DNA of 64,000 nt from a virus (taxonomy: Duplodnaviria > Heunggongvirae > Uroviricota > Caudoviricetes): positions 131,486 through 195,485 of IMG/VR virus record IMGVR_UViG_3300030332_001481; one strand, 5' to 3'. Position 1 is the first letter of the stretch. Each line of letters opens with the position of its first letter. A program made the position numbers and the translations under genes. Below, one piece after another: positions 55,080 to 63,750 of this stretch. Below the pieces are notes generated by a model, which saw only the letters and a list, made by a program, of their open reading frames with translations, was not told the DNA's origin and made no database searches.

Positions 55080-55118
55080 AAGAAAGCGGGCTGGTCTATT
55101 AGACCAGCCCGCTTTCTT
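55080..55118. terminator. bidirectional terminator between convergent genes
   Basis: 19-bp perfect inverted repeat aagaaagcgggctggtcta-t-tagaccagcccgctttctt. Confidence 0.85.
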
Positions 55119-55490
55119 CTAGTCGCGCTCGCGGCGAAGGGCAGTGTTGATGATCGGAACAACGTTTCCCTCGGGCTGGTACACGGGTACTGCCCAGGCG
55201 TCGTCGTCGACCTTGTGGATGACCTGCATCTCTTCTAGCTTCTTGATAGCGCGCCAGCAAGAGGGCCGAGAGCAAGCGGTGGCTTTTGTAAGGAACTGCA
55301 TGGTTGCGCCCACTACTACCCAGTCCACCGCGTCCTCATCCTCGATGGGGCACTCGGTGTACTGCGCAGCCTCGGGGCTAGCCTCGTACTTCTCCAGCGC
55401 TTTGCGGTAGAGCACTGTAAACACCCACTTTTGAGTGTGGGTGAGCTTACTGTTGCGTACGATTTTGTCGGGAGTCTGCCAGTGAATCAT
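55119..55490 (-). CDS. winged helix-turn-helix protein (HTH_36-like)
   Basis: GAAGGGAGGT SD; LTHTQKWVFTVL...TMQFLTKATACSRPSCWRAIKKLEEMQVI. Confidence 0.7.
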   Translation of the reverse strand: MIHWQTPDKIVRNSKLTHTQKWVFTVLYRKALEKYEASPEAAQYTECPIEDEDAVDWVVVGATMQFLTKATACSRPSCWRAIKKLEEMQVIHKVDDDAWAVPVYQPEGNVVPIINTALRRERD

Positions 55491-55560
55491 GGTAATACCT
55501 CCCTTCATAGATAACCACCAACCAAAACCATAACAAACACGTACAGTTAGGAACACCACC

Positions 55561-56280
55561 ATGAGCTATCGAGACCTCCCGGAAGGGAGAGACCTGACCG
55601 AGAAGCTTGAGGACCAGGAACCTCTGGGCGTCCCTCCCATTCAGCACACGCCTTCCCCCAAGAAGCAGCCCAAGTTCGATCCCTTCGAGGATGACCTCGG
55701 GTCCAAAAAGGCAGCTACAGACATCCCCAGCAAGAAAGACAAGAAGCCAATCATGAGCAAGAAAGTAGCGAACCCACAGCCCGACAGGATGCCTCCCCAA
55801 GAGGGCGAAGACGTGCGTATCTGGCGGCACAACACATTCGAAGACCCTCATCCCGAAAGATACCCGGAGAAGTACGCCAAGGCTCTAGAGATTGCCAAGC
55901 GCTTGGCATACGTGAAAGCAGGGATCTACTTCGAGTGTGGTGAGTACCTGCACCTAATCCGGCCGACGGATAGGGAGCGCGTCAGTTCCAAGTGGGGAGC
56001 TATCCGGTATGATCGGATCATATGTTTCGAGTACAACCTTCGACATGGTTTGCCCTCCAGGGATTATGTCATTATTCACCTCAGCCCCAAGGATAAGGTA
56101 AATACTGATGTGCCCGTTGATGTCATTGGGGCCGCTCTCAAGGCGATGAGTGAAATCAGGCGTGGCTCTGATGATGTGGAGTATGGAGTTGACTTTCCCT
56201 ACGTGGCTCAGTTCTTCCGCCTGCCCACGTTGAACTGGGATGGTTGCTACTACGTAGAAGACAAGAGGTTGGACGTATGA
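55561..56280 (+). CDS. hypothetical protein
   Basis: AGGAACACCACC-ATG; divergent from wHTH gene. Confidence 0.7.
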   Translation: MSYRDLPEGRDLTEKLEDQEPLGVPPIQHTPSPKKQPKFDPFEDDLGSKKAATDIPSKKDKKPIMSKKVANPQPDRMPPQEGEDVRIWRHNTFEDPHPERYPEKYAKALEIAKRLAYVKAGIYFECGEYLHLIRPTDRERVSSKWGAIRYDRIICFEYNLRHGLPSRDYVIIHLSPKDKVNTDVPVDVIGAALKAMSEIRRGSDDVEYGVDFPYVAQFFRLPTLNWDGCYYVEDKRLDV

Positions 56281-56477
56281 TGATCAAGTGTATGAATGTT
56301 CTCAGTGTGGTTACGCTGGCTCTTCTGTGGGCTTCCGCAGTAGGGGCGCTACTGAACCACTGGTTTGCTTTCCCTTGCCTGGCGCTAAGCTGCACCGGGG
56401 CTGTGGTCTTGACGGTCATGGCCCGAGCGGAGGTTGCTCCGGTGGCCACGGCCACGGAGGAGAGCACACAGGCGTGA
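56277..56477 (+). CDS. small membrane protein
   Basis: two hydrophobic segments; ATGA overlap. Confidence 0.6.
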   Translation: MMIKCMNVLSVVTLALLWASAVGALLNHWFAFPCLALSCTGAVVLTVMARAEVAPVATATEESTQA

Positions 56478-56487
56478 ACACGAAAGG

Positions 56488-56505
56488 CCAACCCTGGCCA
56501 TACTA
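56488..56505 (+). promoter_or_regulatory. repeat motif copy 17
   Basis: exact motif; hairpin gccggca/tgtcggc follows. Confidence 0.8.
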
Positions 56506-56545
56506 GATAGTGAAGCCGGCAAGGTGTCGGCAGAAAGGAATAATC

Positions 56546-56974
56546 ATGAACGAGCTACTCTGTGACAGCAGCACGGTGGATGCCGTGTCCGTTCTCCTCA
56601 ACATCGTGTCGTTCCTCTGCATCTTTGGGATGGGCGTCGTCGCCATCGCTCTCGTCGAGGACTTCGACTTTCTCCTCTCCGACTGCGCCGCCGTCCGCGA
56701 CGAGTACGCTCAGCTCCAGTGGGAGTGCGACCGCACGACGTCGCTGCTCCCGACGATGCCCGACGATCTTCTGGCTCATCTTCCGGCACCCCGCACCACG
56801 CTGCCCGTCGAGACGTTCGACTCCTCCCCCGAGGATCTCGCAGTGGCGTACTTCAGCAGCCTGCTCGGGCTCACGGCACCCACCACGGCCAAGATGAGTA
56901 CACAAGCGAGCGAGGACCCGGTCCCCAACCGCGCACCCATGCTCCCACCACCCCCAAGACTATCGCTGGTCTGA
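56546..56974 (+). CDS. membrane-anchored protein, Pro-rich tail
   Basis: AGAAAGGA SD; TM AVSVLLNIVSFLCIFGMGVVAIALV. Confidence 0.65.
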   Translation: MNELLCDSSTVDAVSVLLNIVSFLCIFGMGVVAIALVEDFDFLLSDCAAVRDEYAQLQWECDRTTSLLPTMPDDLLAHLPAPRTTLPVETFDSSPEDLAVAYFSSLLGLTAPTTAKMSTQASEDPVPNRAPMLPPPPRLSLV

Positions 56975-56982
56975 GGCAACAG

Positions 56983-57183
56983 ATGAGAGACGAAATCACA
57001 GAGACGCAAGACCAGTCCCGGAACGGAGTCAAGGTGGTAGTCACCAAGTACTTCGACAAGAAGGGACCGTCCGGGTCGCGAGTGGAAGCGAGCTGTAGCT
57101 GCTTCGGGTCCCCTCACCGAGTTCACGACGACCCGTACTGTCCGCTGTTCCGCGAACAGGAAAAGGAAAACCATCATGTGTAA
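56983..57183 (+). CDS. small protein with CSC..H..CP motif
   Basis: GAGG SD before ATG 56983. Confidence 0.55.
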   Translation: MRDEITETQDQSRNGVKVVVTKYFDKKGPSGSRVEASCSCFGSPHRVHDDPYCPLFREQEKENHHV

Positions 57184-57715
57184 GCGAAAAGTATTCATCA
57201 GTCCTGCCTGCGGGCCCTACGGAGCCCGGTTCTACATCGAGTGGGACATGAACGGCCCCCTCTCCAAGTTGGAGCTGGACATCCTTCGCTACATGAAGTC
57301 CATGGACATGTGGTCAGGCAGCGACGGGACGGGAAAGAACTACTACCAGTGGGAAGTGAAGACTGGACATGTCGACGACATCGCCACGACACTGGTGGAC
57401 ACCTACGGCTGCAAGATCACGACGGACCACGAGTGGATGCGGGACGAGGACAGTCGCGAGGAGTCGCGGGTGCAGACCGAAGATGGAAGACTCTCGGTCT
57501 CGGTCAGCTCCAGCCCCTCGGCGCTCGTGGTCCTGGATGGCTTCGATGTCCTGGTGACGCGAAGCCAGGTGGACGGGGAGTTCCTCGTCGAGATCGGTAG
57601 CACCAACGTCGAGGACAAGGACCAGCACGAAGACGGAGTCCCGAAGGTCCGCGTCCTCTGCAACGACGCGATGATCATGGACCATGGCCGGCACGTGCCG
57701 GAAAAGGAGTGGTAG
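57176..57715 (+). CDS. hypothetical protein
   Basis: AAGGA SD, 179 aa. Confidence 0.7.
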   Translation: MCKRKVFISPACGPYGARFYIEWDMNGPLSKLELDILRYMKSMDMWSGSDGTGKNYYQWEVKTGHVDDIATTLVDTYGCKITTDHEWMRDEDSREESRVQTEDGRLSVSVSSSPSALVVLDGFDVLVTRSQVDGEFLVEIGSTNVEDKDQHEDGVPKVRVLCNDAMIMDHGRHVPEKEW

Positions 57716-57716
57716 A

Positions 57717-58004
57717 ATGCTGAACGACACCGACCGGGCGAACATTCGCCAGCTCGAAAACAAGATGGAAGAGTTGCGGGAGGTTCGCAACCACATCAGT
57801 GACGCGAAGGCCCTGCTCCGATCATCGGGCATCACGGAGAGCACCGACCCCGATGCGTGGGGTTCCATGGGTGCCTTCGATGCGGCGGAGGGAGCGCTGG
57901 ATGCCTTGAAGGCGGCGAGCCGTCTCAACAACATCGCGTACCGTCGTCTGGAAGAGCGGGTCCAGGAGATCCGTCGACAGGCGATGGAAGACACGAACCG
58001 CTAA
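57717..58004 (+). CDS. coiled-coil hypothetical protein
   Basis: AAGGAG SD before ATG 57717. Confidence 0.7.
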   Translation: MLNDTDRANIRQLENKMEELREVRNHISDAKALLRSSGITESTDPDAWGSMGAFDAAEGALDALKAASRLNNIAYRRLEERVQEIRRQAMEDTNR

Positions 58005-58007
58005 CAC

Positions 58008-58044
58008 AGGAAACGGGGAGGCCACATGGCCTCCCCGTTTCCTT
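58008..58044 (+). terminator. intrinsic terminator-like hairpin
   Basis: aggaaacggggaggcca/tggcctccccgtttcct 17-bp perfect stem. Confidence 0.75.
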
Positions 58045-58102
58045 GCTTAACGTGACATCTACACGAAGTTACCCAAAGTTCCTGAAAGAAAGGCAACCAA
58101 TC

Positions 58103-58825
58103 ATGGATTTTCGACGTAAGTACGAGCGCACCGAAGACGGCAACAATGGGTTCGAGGAGAACCACGAGGCTTTCGGTATGGTACAGTTCTCTCGCTGCTC
58201 TGGCAGTACCAAGCTGTTCGGATCACACCTGAGCAGCCACCCCGGCTACATCTCGCTGCGCATCTATCCCGGAGTTAGGCGTCATTCTCACAGCCGGGAC
58301 TGGTACGCTGCCAAGAGCCTGAAGCCCTACATCGAGGTGATGCTCTCGGCTGCACAGTTTGCCGAGCTGGTCACTTCCATGAACGTGGGGAGCGGTGTTC
58401 CTTGCACGATCAACTCGATCCTGGGTGAGCGGCTGGACGCAGTGCCCGACCATATCAAGGCCGAGAACGCCGAGATCCTCGCGGGCTTCAAGGACAAGCT
58501 TCAGGACCTGGCCAGTGTGGTGACGCGCAGCGCTCTGGAGATGGAAAAGATCGTCAACGACAAGGGAAACATCACCAAGAGCAAAGCCCGTGGTATGCTG
58601 GGGATCATGCGGGGGGTTGCGATGGAAGTTTCTTCCAACATCCCGTACGTTCTCACTGCGTTCCAGGAGGCAGCAGGGGAGGTGGTTACTCACTCCAAGG
58701 CGGAGGTCGAGTCTTTCACCAACATGATTCTGACCCGTGCAGGAATGGAGCACATGCGACTCCAGAAGAACGGCATGCTGGAGCTGGCCGGGGACTTCGA
58801 CGGCGACAACGAGGGAGAGCAGTGA
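58103..58825 (+). CDS. conserved-type phage protein
   Basis: AAGAAAGG..ACCAATC-ATG; HEAFG..FSR..G, LSAAQFAELVTSMNVGSGVPCTI. Confidence 0.75.
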   Translation: MDFRRKYERTEDGNNGFEENHEAFGMVQFSRCSGSTKLFGSHLSSHPGYISLRIYPGVRRHSHSRDWYAAKSLKPYIEVMLSAAQFAELVTSMNVGSGVPCTINSILGERLDAVPDHIKAENAEILAGFKDKLQDLASVVTRSALEMEKIVNDKGNITKSKARGMLGIMRGVAMEVSSNIPYVLTAFQEAAGEVVTHSKAEVESFTNMILTRAGMEHMRLQKNGMLELAGDFDGDNEGEQ

Positions 58826-59331
58826 TGGAAAAGAACGAGAGCGAGAGCGAACAGAGCGAACAGAGCGAGCACGAGGGAAGGCCCGTCGTGAACGGGCACG
58901 AATGGAAGCCTGCTCTCGAAGGCGGAGGAATCTACTTCATGAGCCAGATGCCCATGGAAGATGGGAGAACTCTCCGCGAACACAACATGGAGAAAGAGCA
59001 CAAGTTCCCGCTTGGGTCTTTGGTGGAGGTGGAAGTCCACCACCTCGGCGGAGGCTACGGCGAAGGCCCGATAAAGTCCGACGTGGACATGAAGGGAACG
59101 TGCCGACTGTTCGTCGTGGACCAGTTTCGCGACTGTGACGGCACCCCCCTGTACACGCTAAGTGACATCCCGGTGCTCCACGCAGAGTATGCCTCCCAGG
59201 AGAGCTTTCGGGAGAAGTATTTCACCACATACTGTGGTGGGGGATACTCTGAAGATTCCATGAAGGACCTTGGTGTTCGCCAGGAACTCTTCCCCACTGT
59301 GGCCGCCTGGATGGATTGGTCCAGTAGATAG
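58825..59331 (+). CDS. hypothetical protein, N-terminal SEQ repeats
   Basis: HKFPLGSLVEV...DCDGTPLY. Confidence 0.7.
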   Translation: MEKNESESEQSEQSEHEGRPVVNGHEWKPALEGGGIYFMSQMPMEDGRTLREHNMEKEHKFPLGSLVEVEVHHLGGGYGEGPIKSDVDMKGTCRLFVVDQFRDCDGTPLYTLSDIPVLHAEYASQESFREKYFTTYCGGGYSEDSMKDLGVRQELFPTVAAWMDWSSR

Positions 59332-59340
59332 GAGAAACCA

Positions 59341-59766
59341 ATGGGATTCAATAGCGTAGTTCTGATCAACAACGACTGTATCTCGGACGTCGAGCGGGAC
59401 CCCAAGAGCTGGTGGTCGAGAGCGTGGGGTGCTCTCTCCAACCTTCAAGGGCCAGCCATGACCTACGAGGAAGCCAAGAAGGCCATCGCAGAGATGGGAG
59501 AGAAGCCCTGGGCTTCGGTCAACGATCTCACGGGAAGATTCGGTAACTTCCAGGCTGTGTGGAATCGACACGCGGATGAAGTGGGGCTGATTCTAGTAGG
59601 GTGGAACCGGGCCCAAGTTGTGCTACACAGCTTTCATGCACCTGTACGTGGACAGTCGGGGCCCCATTCCGAAGAGGCACAGGTGAAGTTCCTGAAACAG
59701 TGGGCGGATAAGTTGGGGTACAGGGTCTCGAAGAAGCCAAAGCCCAGGAATTCCAAGGCCGAGTAA
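59341..59766 (+). CDS. hypothetical protein
   Basis: AGGAG SD. Confidence 0.75.
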   Translation: MGFNSVVLINNDCISDVERDPKSWWSRAWGALSNLQGPAMTYEEAKKAIAEMGEKPWASVNDLTGRFGNFQAVWNRHADEVGLILVGWNRAQVVLHSFHAPVRGQSGPHSEEAQVKFLKQWADKLGYRVSKKPKPRNSKAE

Positions 59767-59774
59767 GGCTCAGA

Positions 59775-59792
59775 GGCCAAGGTCTTTTAACA
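59775..59792 (+). repeat. second motif GGCCAAGGTCTTTTAACA, copy b
   Basis: matches 24662-24676 (+) and 47243-47259 (-). Confidence 0.75.
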
Positions 59793-59806
59793 CGACAGGG
59801 GAAACA

Positions 59807-60100
59807 ATGACCACAAAGTACAAGATGACGCTGATCTTCGGGATGCGTAAGATGAACTACGAAGGCGAGTATGCCCCGGAGCTACTCGACGCGTGGGACG
59901 AATACACCATGACCGAGAACTACGAGGGCTTCAACGAGAAGTTCAACAAGTTCAAGCGGGACCCCGAGTTTTCGGAGGTTCGACTCATGGAGATCGCAAT
60001 CCCCGAGGCAGCTGTGTATGGGCTTTTCGAGGTTCCCACGCTGGAAGCAAGCGTAAAGCCCGTGAAAGACCCGGCCACCAGCGAAAAGGTATCGGGCTGA
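59807..60100 (+). CDS. hypothetical protein
   Basis: AGGGGA SD. Confidence 0.7.
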   Translation: MTTKYKMTLIFGMRKMNYEGEYAPELLDAWDEYTMTENYEGFNEKFNKFKRDPEFSEVRLMEIAIPEAAVYGLFEVPTLEASVKPVKDPATSEKVSG

Positions 60101-60117
60101 ATTCCTTGGAGGACTAG

Positions 60118-60495
60118 ATGACACTAGAAGCTGACGTGAGCGAGCAGAGATTGCGAACCACACTCGAATCGGTTCTATCGAAGATCGAAACCAAGTTCCA
60201 GGGGGAGACACACCTACAGGCGGCGGCCCATATACAGGATGGTAGATATGGGGACATGGCGCTACGCCTAACTGTCAACCCGGGGCTAAAGTTGTCCCTG
60301 GCCAAATGGAATGGCCATGAGTTCGACCGAGAGATCGTGTGGGGAGAGTTCTCGCATGACCAACTACTGCTGGTGAGTGAGTACCTGCAACCTTTGGTGG
60401 AGAAACTCTCCCACCAGCAGAAGGAAAAGAAGGACAAGAGTCAATCCGCCATCGATGAGCTGAAGAAGGTCTCGTCATGGTTGGACGAGCTATAG
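60118..60495 (+). CDS. hypothetical protein
   Basis: GGAGGA SD. Confidence 0.7.
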   Translation: MTLEADVSEQRLRTTLESVLSKIETKFQGETHLQAAAHIQDGRYGDMALRLTVNPGLKLSLAKWNGHEFDREIVWGEFSHDQLLLVSEYLQPLVEKLSHQQKEKKDKSQSAIDELKKVSSWLDEL

Positions 60496-60507
60496 GAGCA
60501 AAGAACA

Positions 60508-60894
60508 GTGGAAGACATCAGCATCAGTAAGATCCGCGCAGAGGCCAAGAAGGAGCGCGCCAATCAGGAGCGTGCGAAGAAAGCGGCTGCGGAGGAGAAG
60601 GCGAAGTATGTTCGGGAGCAGGAGGAAATCCAGAAAGCTGACGCTGAGCTGTGGGTTCGCGAGGATTTCCCCGCTATCCTCAAAAAGCATCTGACCCGTG
60701 ATCCCGACGCCACAATGATCACCTTTGTGCGTGACCGGATCTCCCCCGGCAGCCTCCCCGTTCGCGCTGTCCGCTTTGTCGTGGAGGCCCTCAAGCAGGT
60801 GAAGGGTGTGCGGAAGGTAGAGTATGAATGTTCCACTAGTATCGATCCGGACTACGGGGAGATCGATTCCCATCTGGTCAGGGTCCACATCTGA
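60508..60894 (+). CDS. hypothetical protein, coiled-coil N-half
   Basis: AGGAG before GTG. Confidence 0.7.
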   Translation: MEDISISKIRAEAKKERANQERAKKAAAEEKAKYVREQEEIQKADAELWVREDFPAILKKHLTRDPDATMITFVRDRISPGSLPVRAVRFVVEALKQVKGVRKVEYECSTSIDPDYGEIDSHLVRVHI

Positions 60895-60904
60895 GCTGTT
60901 AAGC

Positions 60905-60922
60905 CCAACCCTGGCCACACTA
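60905..60922 (+). promoter_or_regulatory. repeat motif copy 18 (variant CACACT), upstream of tRNA
   Basis: CCAACCCTGGCCACACTA. Confidence 0.75.
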
Positions 60923-60928
60923 AAGCTT

Positions 60929-60985
60929 AGGCTGGTGGGGTGACGTTACCGCCCTCCCCTCAAGGTAGCGTCACTCTGCCGGCCT
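60929..60985 (+). ncRNA. 22-bp G.U-containing hairpin in tRNA leader
   Basis: 60929-50 pairs with 60964-85 (5 G.U pairs); loop GCCCTCCCCTCAA. Confidence 0.55.
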
Positions 60986-60995
60986 ATTTTACTGA

Positions 60996-61069
60996 GGGTC
61001 CGTAGCTCAATTGGTTAGAGCCTCCGTCTCATAAACGGATCGTTGTCGGTTCGAGTCCGGCCGGACCTA
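60996..61069 (+). tRNA. tRNA anticodon CAU (elongator Met or Ile2; not initiator-type)
   Basis: GGGTCCG/CGGACCT acceptor, tccgt-CT CAT AA-acgga, GTTCGAGTC; no encoded CCA. Confidence 0.9.
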
Positions 61070-61106
61070 CTCAATCATTCATCATTCATAGAGAAAGGAA
61101 ACCACC

Positions 61107-62003
61107 ATGCGTGACGACATCATGAAGAAGATCTGCGAGCGTGGTAAGCGTGGGAAGGTGAGCGCTGCGACGCAGAAGCAACAGCGCGCTGCCCGACGCA
61201 AGCTTGCCCGTGGCGACATGGAGAACCTTCCCAAGCGGGAGGGTATCCGTTCGAAGAAGCTCCTGAGCCAGACTTCCAGCTACACCAAGGAGTTCGACGA
61301 CTTCCTGGCTCCGCTCCAACGCTACCTGGAGAGGCAGGTTGGTCGACGCTGGAACGATGTTCACGCCGAGATCAGTCAGGGTATCGACCGTCGCAAGGTC
61401 ACCGGTCAGCACGTCTTCGACCACATCAAGTACATGGTTCAGACCAAGGTCGTCGAGAAGGACGGACAGCTCTGGGCCATGAGAGACACTGGTGGTCCCC
61501 ATCTCCTCTCCAACTCCTCCGTTAGTCTCTACGTGGACCCGGACGGGTTCCTGCGGAAGAAGCCGGAGAGCGGCCGTCGCCGCTTTAGCCGCCACCAGCG
61601 AACCCCCAAACTGCCCTTGGTTCGGAGTCCCCGCCGAGAGCTGCCCAACATCGGTCGCTACTACGAGGGCAAGTTTAGTGGTAACTGGTACTTCGTCAAG
61701 TACGAGAACGTGTGGTACGAGTGTTTCTTGGCTCGTCCCCTGAAGTACACCACCACGGAGGAACGCAGCTCCAAGTACATGGCGGGTGCCACCACCTTCA
61801 AGGTCACGGACACGGCCTACTACATCCTGCCCGAGAAGCTTCTGCCTTCGGAGAAGTGGGACATGGTCAAGCCGTTCTGGCGTCACCAGGAAGGCAAGTC
61901 TCTGAGCCGGTACCAGGCGTACGGCCGGGATGTCTTCGCCGTCTGCAAGAGGCAGCTCAACAGTCGCGAGATCAAGAAGCACCAGCTGAACAAGGGGGAG
62001 TAG
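61107..62003 (+). CDS. basic hypothetical protein
   Basis: AGAAAGGAAACCACC-ATG; 298 aa. Confidence 0.8.
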   Translation: MRDDIMKKICERGKRGKVSAATQKQQRAARRKLARGDMENLPKREGIRSKKLLSQTSSYTKEFDDFLAPLQRYLERQVGRRWNDVHAEISQGIDRRKVTGQHVFDHIKYMVQTKVVEKDGQLWAMRDTGGPHLLSNSSVSLYVDPDGFLRKKPESGRRRFSRHQRTPKLPLVRSPRRELPNIGRYYEGKFSGNWYFVKYENVWYECFLARPLKYTTTEERSSKYMAGATTFKVTDTAYYILPEKLLPSEKWDMVKPFWRHQEGKSLSRYQAYGRDVFAVCKRQLNSREIKKHQLNKGE

Positions 62004-62007
62004 AACC

Positions 62008-62253
62008 ATGTGGCCTTTCACCAAGAAGATCCGGGACGATGACATCATGCGGATTCGTGTCATCGTTCACACGAAGTCAGGTCGGGTTCACAAATCCTCG
62101 TGGAAAGACGTCAGCTCCACGAAATTCCGGGAACTCACCGATAAGTACTCCTTCCTTGGGTTCGGCCTGACCGATCTCTCGCTCTTTCTTGGCCAACACC
62201 TCAAGCTCCAACTTCCGCAGCTTCTTCAGGGTCTTGCGGTGAGCGGTCTCTAG
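62008..62253 (+). CDS. hypothetical protein, 3' end overlaps convergent gene
   Basis: GGGGAG SD; overlaps 62077..62535(-) by 177 nt. Confidence 0.5.
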   Translation: MWPFTKKIRDDDIMRIRVIVHTKSGRVHKSSWKDVSSTKFRELTDKYSFLGFGLTDLSLFLGQHLKLQLPQLLQGLAVSGL

Positions 62254-62535
62254 GGCTGCGTGCTGACCGTGCAGGTTCTGCCACTTCTCCCTGTGGACAG
62301 ACTCCTCGCGCTCTCTGCGCTCGGCATCTTCCTTCTGTTCCCGGTTGATCTCGTGGAGCATGGCAGTGACAGTTTTCTCTGCCCTTTCTGCACACGCCTT
62401 TCGATCCCCGACGAGCTTGGCTTTGACACAAGCTTCCAGGTGGCGCTTCATCTCCAACATGAGCACCCCAGGTGTCATGTACTCGTCGCTCGCCTCGGTG
62501 ATGTCTTCGTAGGTCTTTCGCTTAAGTTGGCGCAT
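62077..62535 (-). CDS. coiled-coil hypothetical protein
   Basis: GAGGA SD on - strand; strongly helical N-part. Confidence 0.65.
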   Translation of the reverse strand: MRQLKRKTYEDITEASDEYMTPGVLMLEMKRHLEACVKAKLVGDRKACAERAEKTVTAMLHEINREQKEDAERREREESVHREKWQNLHGQHAALETAHRKTLKKLRKLELEVLAKKEREIGQAEPKEGVLIGEFPEFRGADVFPRGFVNPT

Positions 62536-62551
62536 TTCGTAGTCCTCTTTC

Positions 62552-62728
62552 TTAGCCGTCGCTCTGTAGCCAAGCGATCAGTTGCTCGTTCCATTCATCG
62601 CTGTCCATGGACTCTGGCCAGTATTTCTCCCGGGAAGTTCCGGCGGTTCTCTCCTGCCCCCTTCGGTACGAGTCTTGAAACTCCCTCAGCTGGTTGATCT
62701 TGTCCTCTACGAACTCATCCAGTGTCAT
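62552..62728 (-). CDS. small protein (58 aa, not in track)
   Basis: MTLDEFVEDKINQLREF...WPESMDSDEWNEQLIAWLQSDG*; ATGA overlap. Confidence 0.6.
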   Translation of the reverse strand: MTLDEFVEDKINQLREFQDSYRRGQERTAGTSREKYWPESMDSDEWNEQLIAWLQSDG

Positions 62729-62913
62729 TCAATGATCTCCTCTGCGGGGATACCCCGCTCCATGAGCCTCACGTACCACTTGTACCGCTGGGTTGCTTCC
62801 TTGATGCGATCGTGGTGTGGCCGGTACTTCGTGATTGATCCCGACTTAGTCGGGTCGTTGTAGGTAAACAGCGGAGTGTAGTGCGTCCATGTAGTGAACC
62901 CAGAAGACACCAT
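62725..62913 (-). CDS. small hypothetical protein (start uncertain)
   Basis: coupled to downstream gene; overlaps upstream ORF end. Confidence 0.4.
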   Translation of the reverse strand: MVSSGFTTWTHYTPLFTYNDPTKSGSITKYRPHHDRIKEATQRYKWYVRLMERGIPAEEIIE

Positions 62914-63115
62914 CCTCTCGGGTGACGTACCACTTGTTGCTGTGGTGCGGGTTCTTCTGGCTTCCCGCTTCGACGCAGATGGCGTCCTTGGGATCGTTGT
63001 CGCAGTACGGGTCGAAACCCTTCCTGAGGCTGACGGCGATATCGACGTCGGGAAACGTCAGGTCCAGTGCGGTCTGGAATCCCTGGAGTTCGTTGCGGGT
63101 AATGATGCTGTTCAT
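62846..63115 (-). CDS. hypothetical protein
   Basis: GAGGA SD on - strand. Confidence 0.6.
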   Translation of the reverse strand: MNSIITRNELQGFQTALDLTFPDVDIAVSLRKGFDPYCDNDPKDAICVEAGSQKNPHHSNKWYVTREDGVFWVHYMDALHSAVYLQRPD

Positions 63116-63119
63116 GTTC

Positions 63120-63422
63120 TCATCCTCTCGCGATGTAGGTTCCGACCTTGAACTGTTCGCCGTCGTCGCTCAGCTTGACGACGACGCCACAGAAGAATCC
63201 ATCGGCGTGGGCCCCGTCCCACTTGTCGAGCATGTCGCTCCCCTTCGGGATTCGCGTGAACTGGTCCAGGTGGTACCAGTGACCGCGGTAGCAGAAGTAT
63301 CCGTCGTGGACCTCCTCGGGGTCGTGGTAGTCGAACTGATCGGCGAGAACTTCCGCGGGCACATCGTAGTGGTAGACGAAGTCTCGCCACTGGTGGTTGG
63401 TGGTGATCTCGGTGGTGGTCAT
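63120..63422 (-). CDS. phage protein (WDG..DGFF.GVVV motif)
   Basis: GAAAGGAAAAGAC-ATG leader. Confidence 0.75.
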   Translation of the reverse strand: MTTTEITTNHQWRDFVYHYDVPAEVLADQFDYHDPEEVHDGYFCYRGHWYHLDQFTRIPKGSDMLDKWDGAHADGFFCGVVVKLSDDGEQFKVGTYIARG

Positions 63423-63440
63423 GTCTTTTCCTTTCGGGGT
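63420..63440 (-). repeat. 21-nt duplicated leader/start, copy 1 (copy 2 at 63673-63693)
   Basis: catgtcttttcctttcggggt identical. Confidence 0.9.
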
Positions 63441-63459
63441 GGTTCCGTGGGGTTCGGGG

Positions 63460-63675
63460 CTAGTCCAGGCTCAGCAGCCACTCGGTGCAGGCTTCGCGTC
63501 CCTCGTTGCACTTATGACTTGCGTCTATCTCCGCGTCTTCCCAGACGTCGTCGGGGTCACGGTCGCCTTCGTTGGCCTCTCCCTCGGACTTGTCGTAGTG
63601 CATGTCGAGGACCAGATCGTAGATCTCGTCGTCGGTCATCTTTTCCAGCTCTTCAGCGGTGAATCCTGCGGGCAT
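63460..63675 (-). CDS. small very acidic protein
   Basis: same duplicated leader; D/E-rich. Confidence 0.75.
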   Translation of the reverse strand: MPAGFTAEELEKMTDDEIYDLVLDMHYDKSEGEANEGDRDPDDVWEDAEIDASHKCNEGREACTEWLLSLD

Positions 63676-63693
63676 GTCTTTTCCTTTCGGGGT
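63673..63693 (-). repeat. 21-nt duplicated leader/start, copy 2
   Basis: identical to 63420-63440. Confidence 0.9.
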
Positions 63694-63715
63694 TGTGGGG
63701 TTTCACGGGCCTTAG

Positions 63716-63737
63716 GCCCCGGGCTATAGCCCGGGGC
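63716..63737. other. 22-bp perfect palindrome
   Basis: gccccgggctatagcccggggc, intergenic. Confidence 0.7.
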
Positions 63738-63750
63738 GGTTGAGTAGTTC

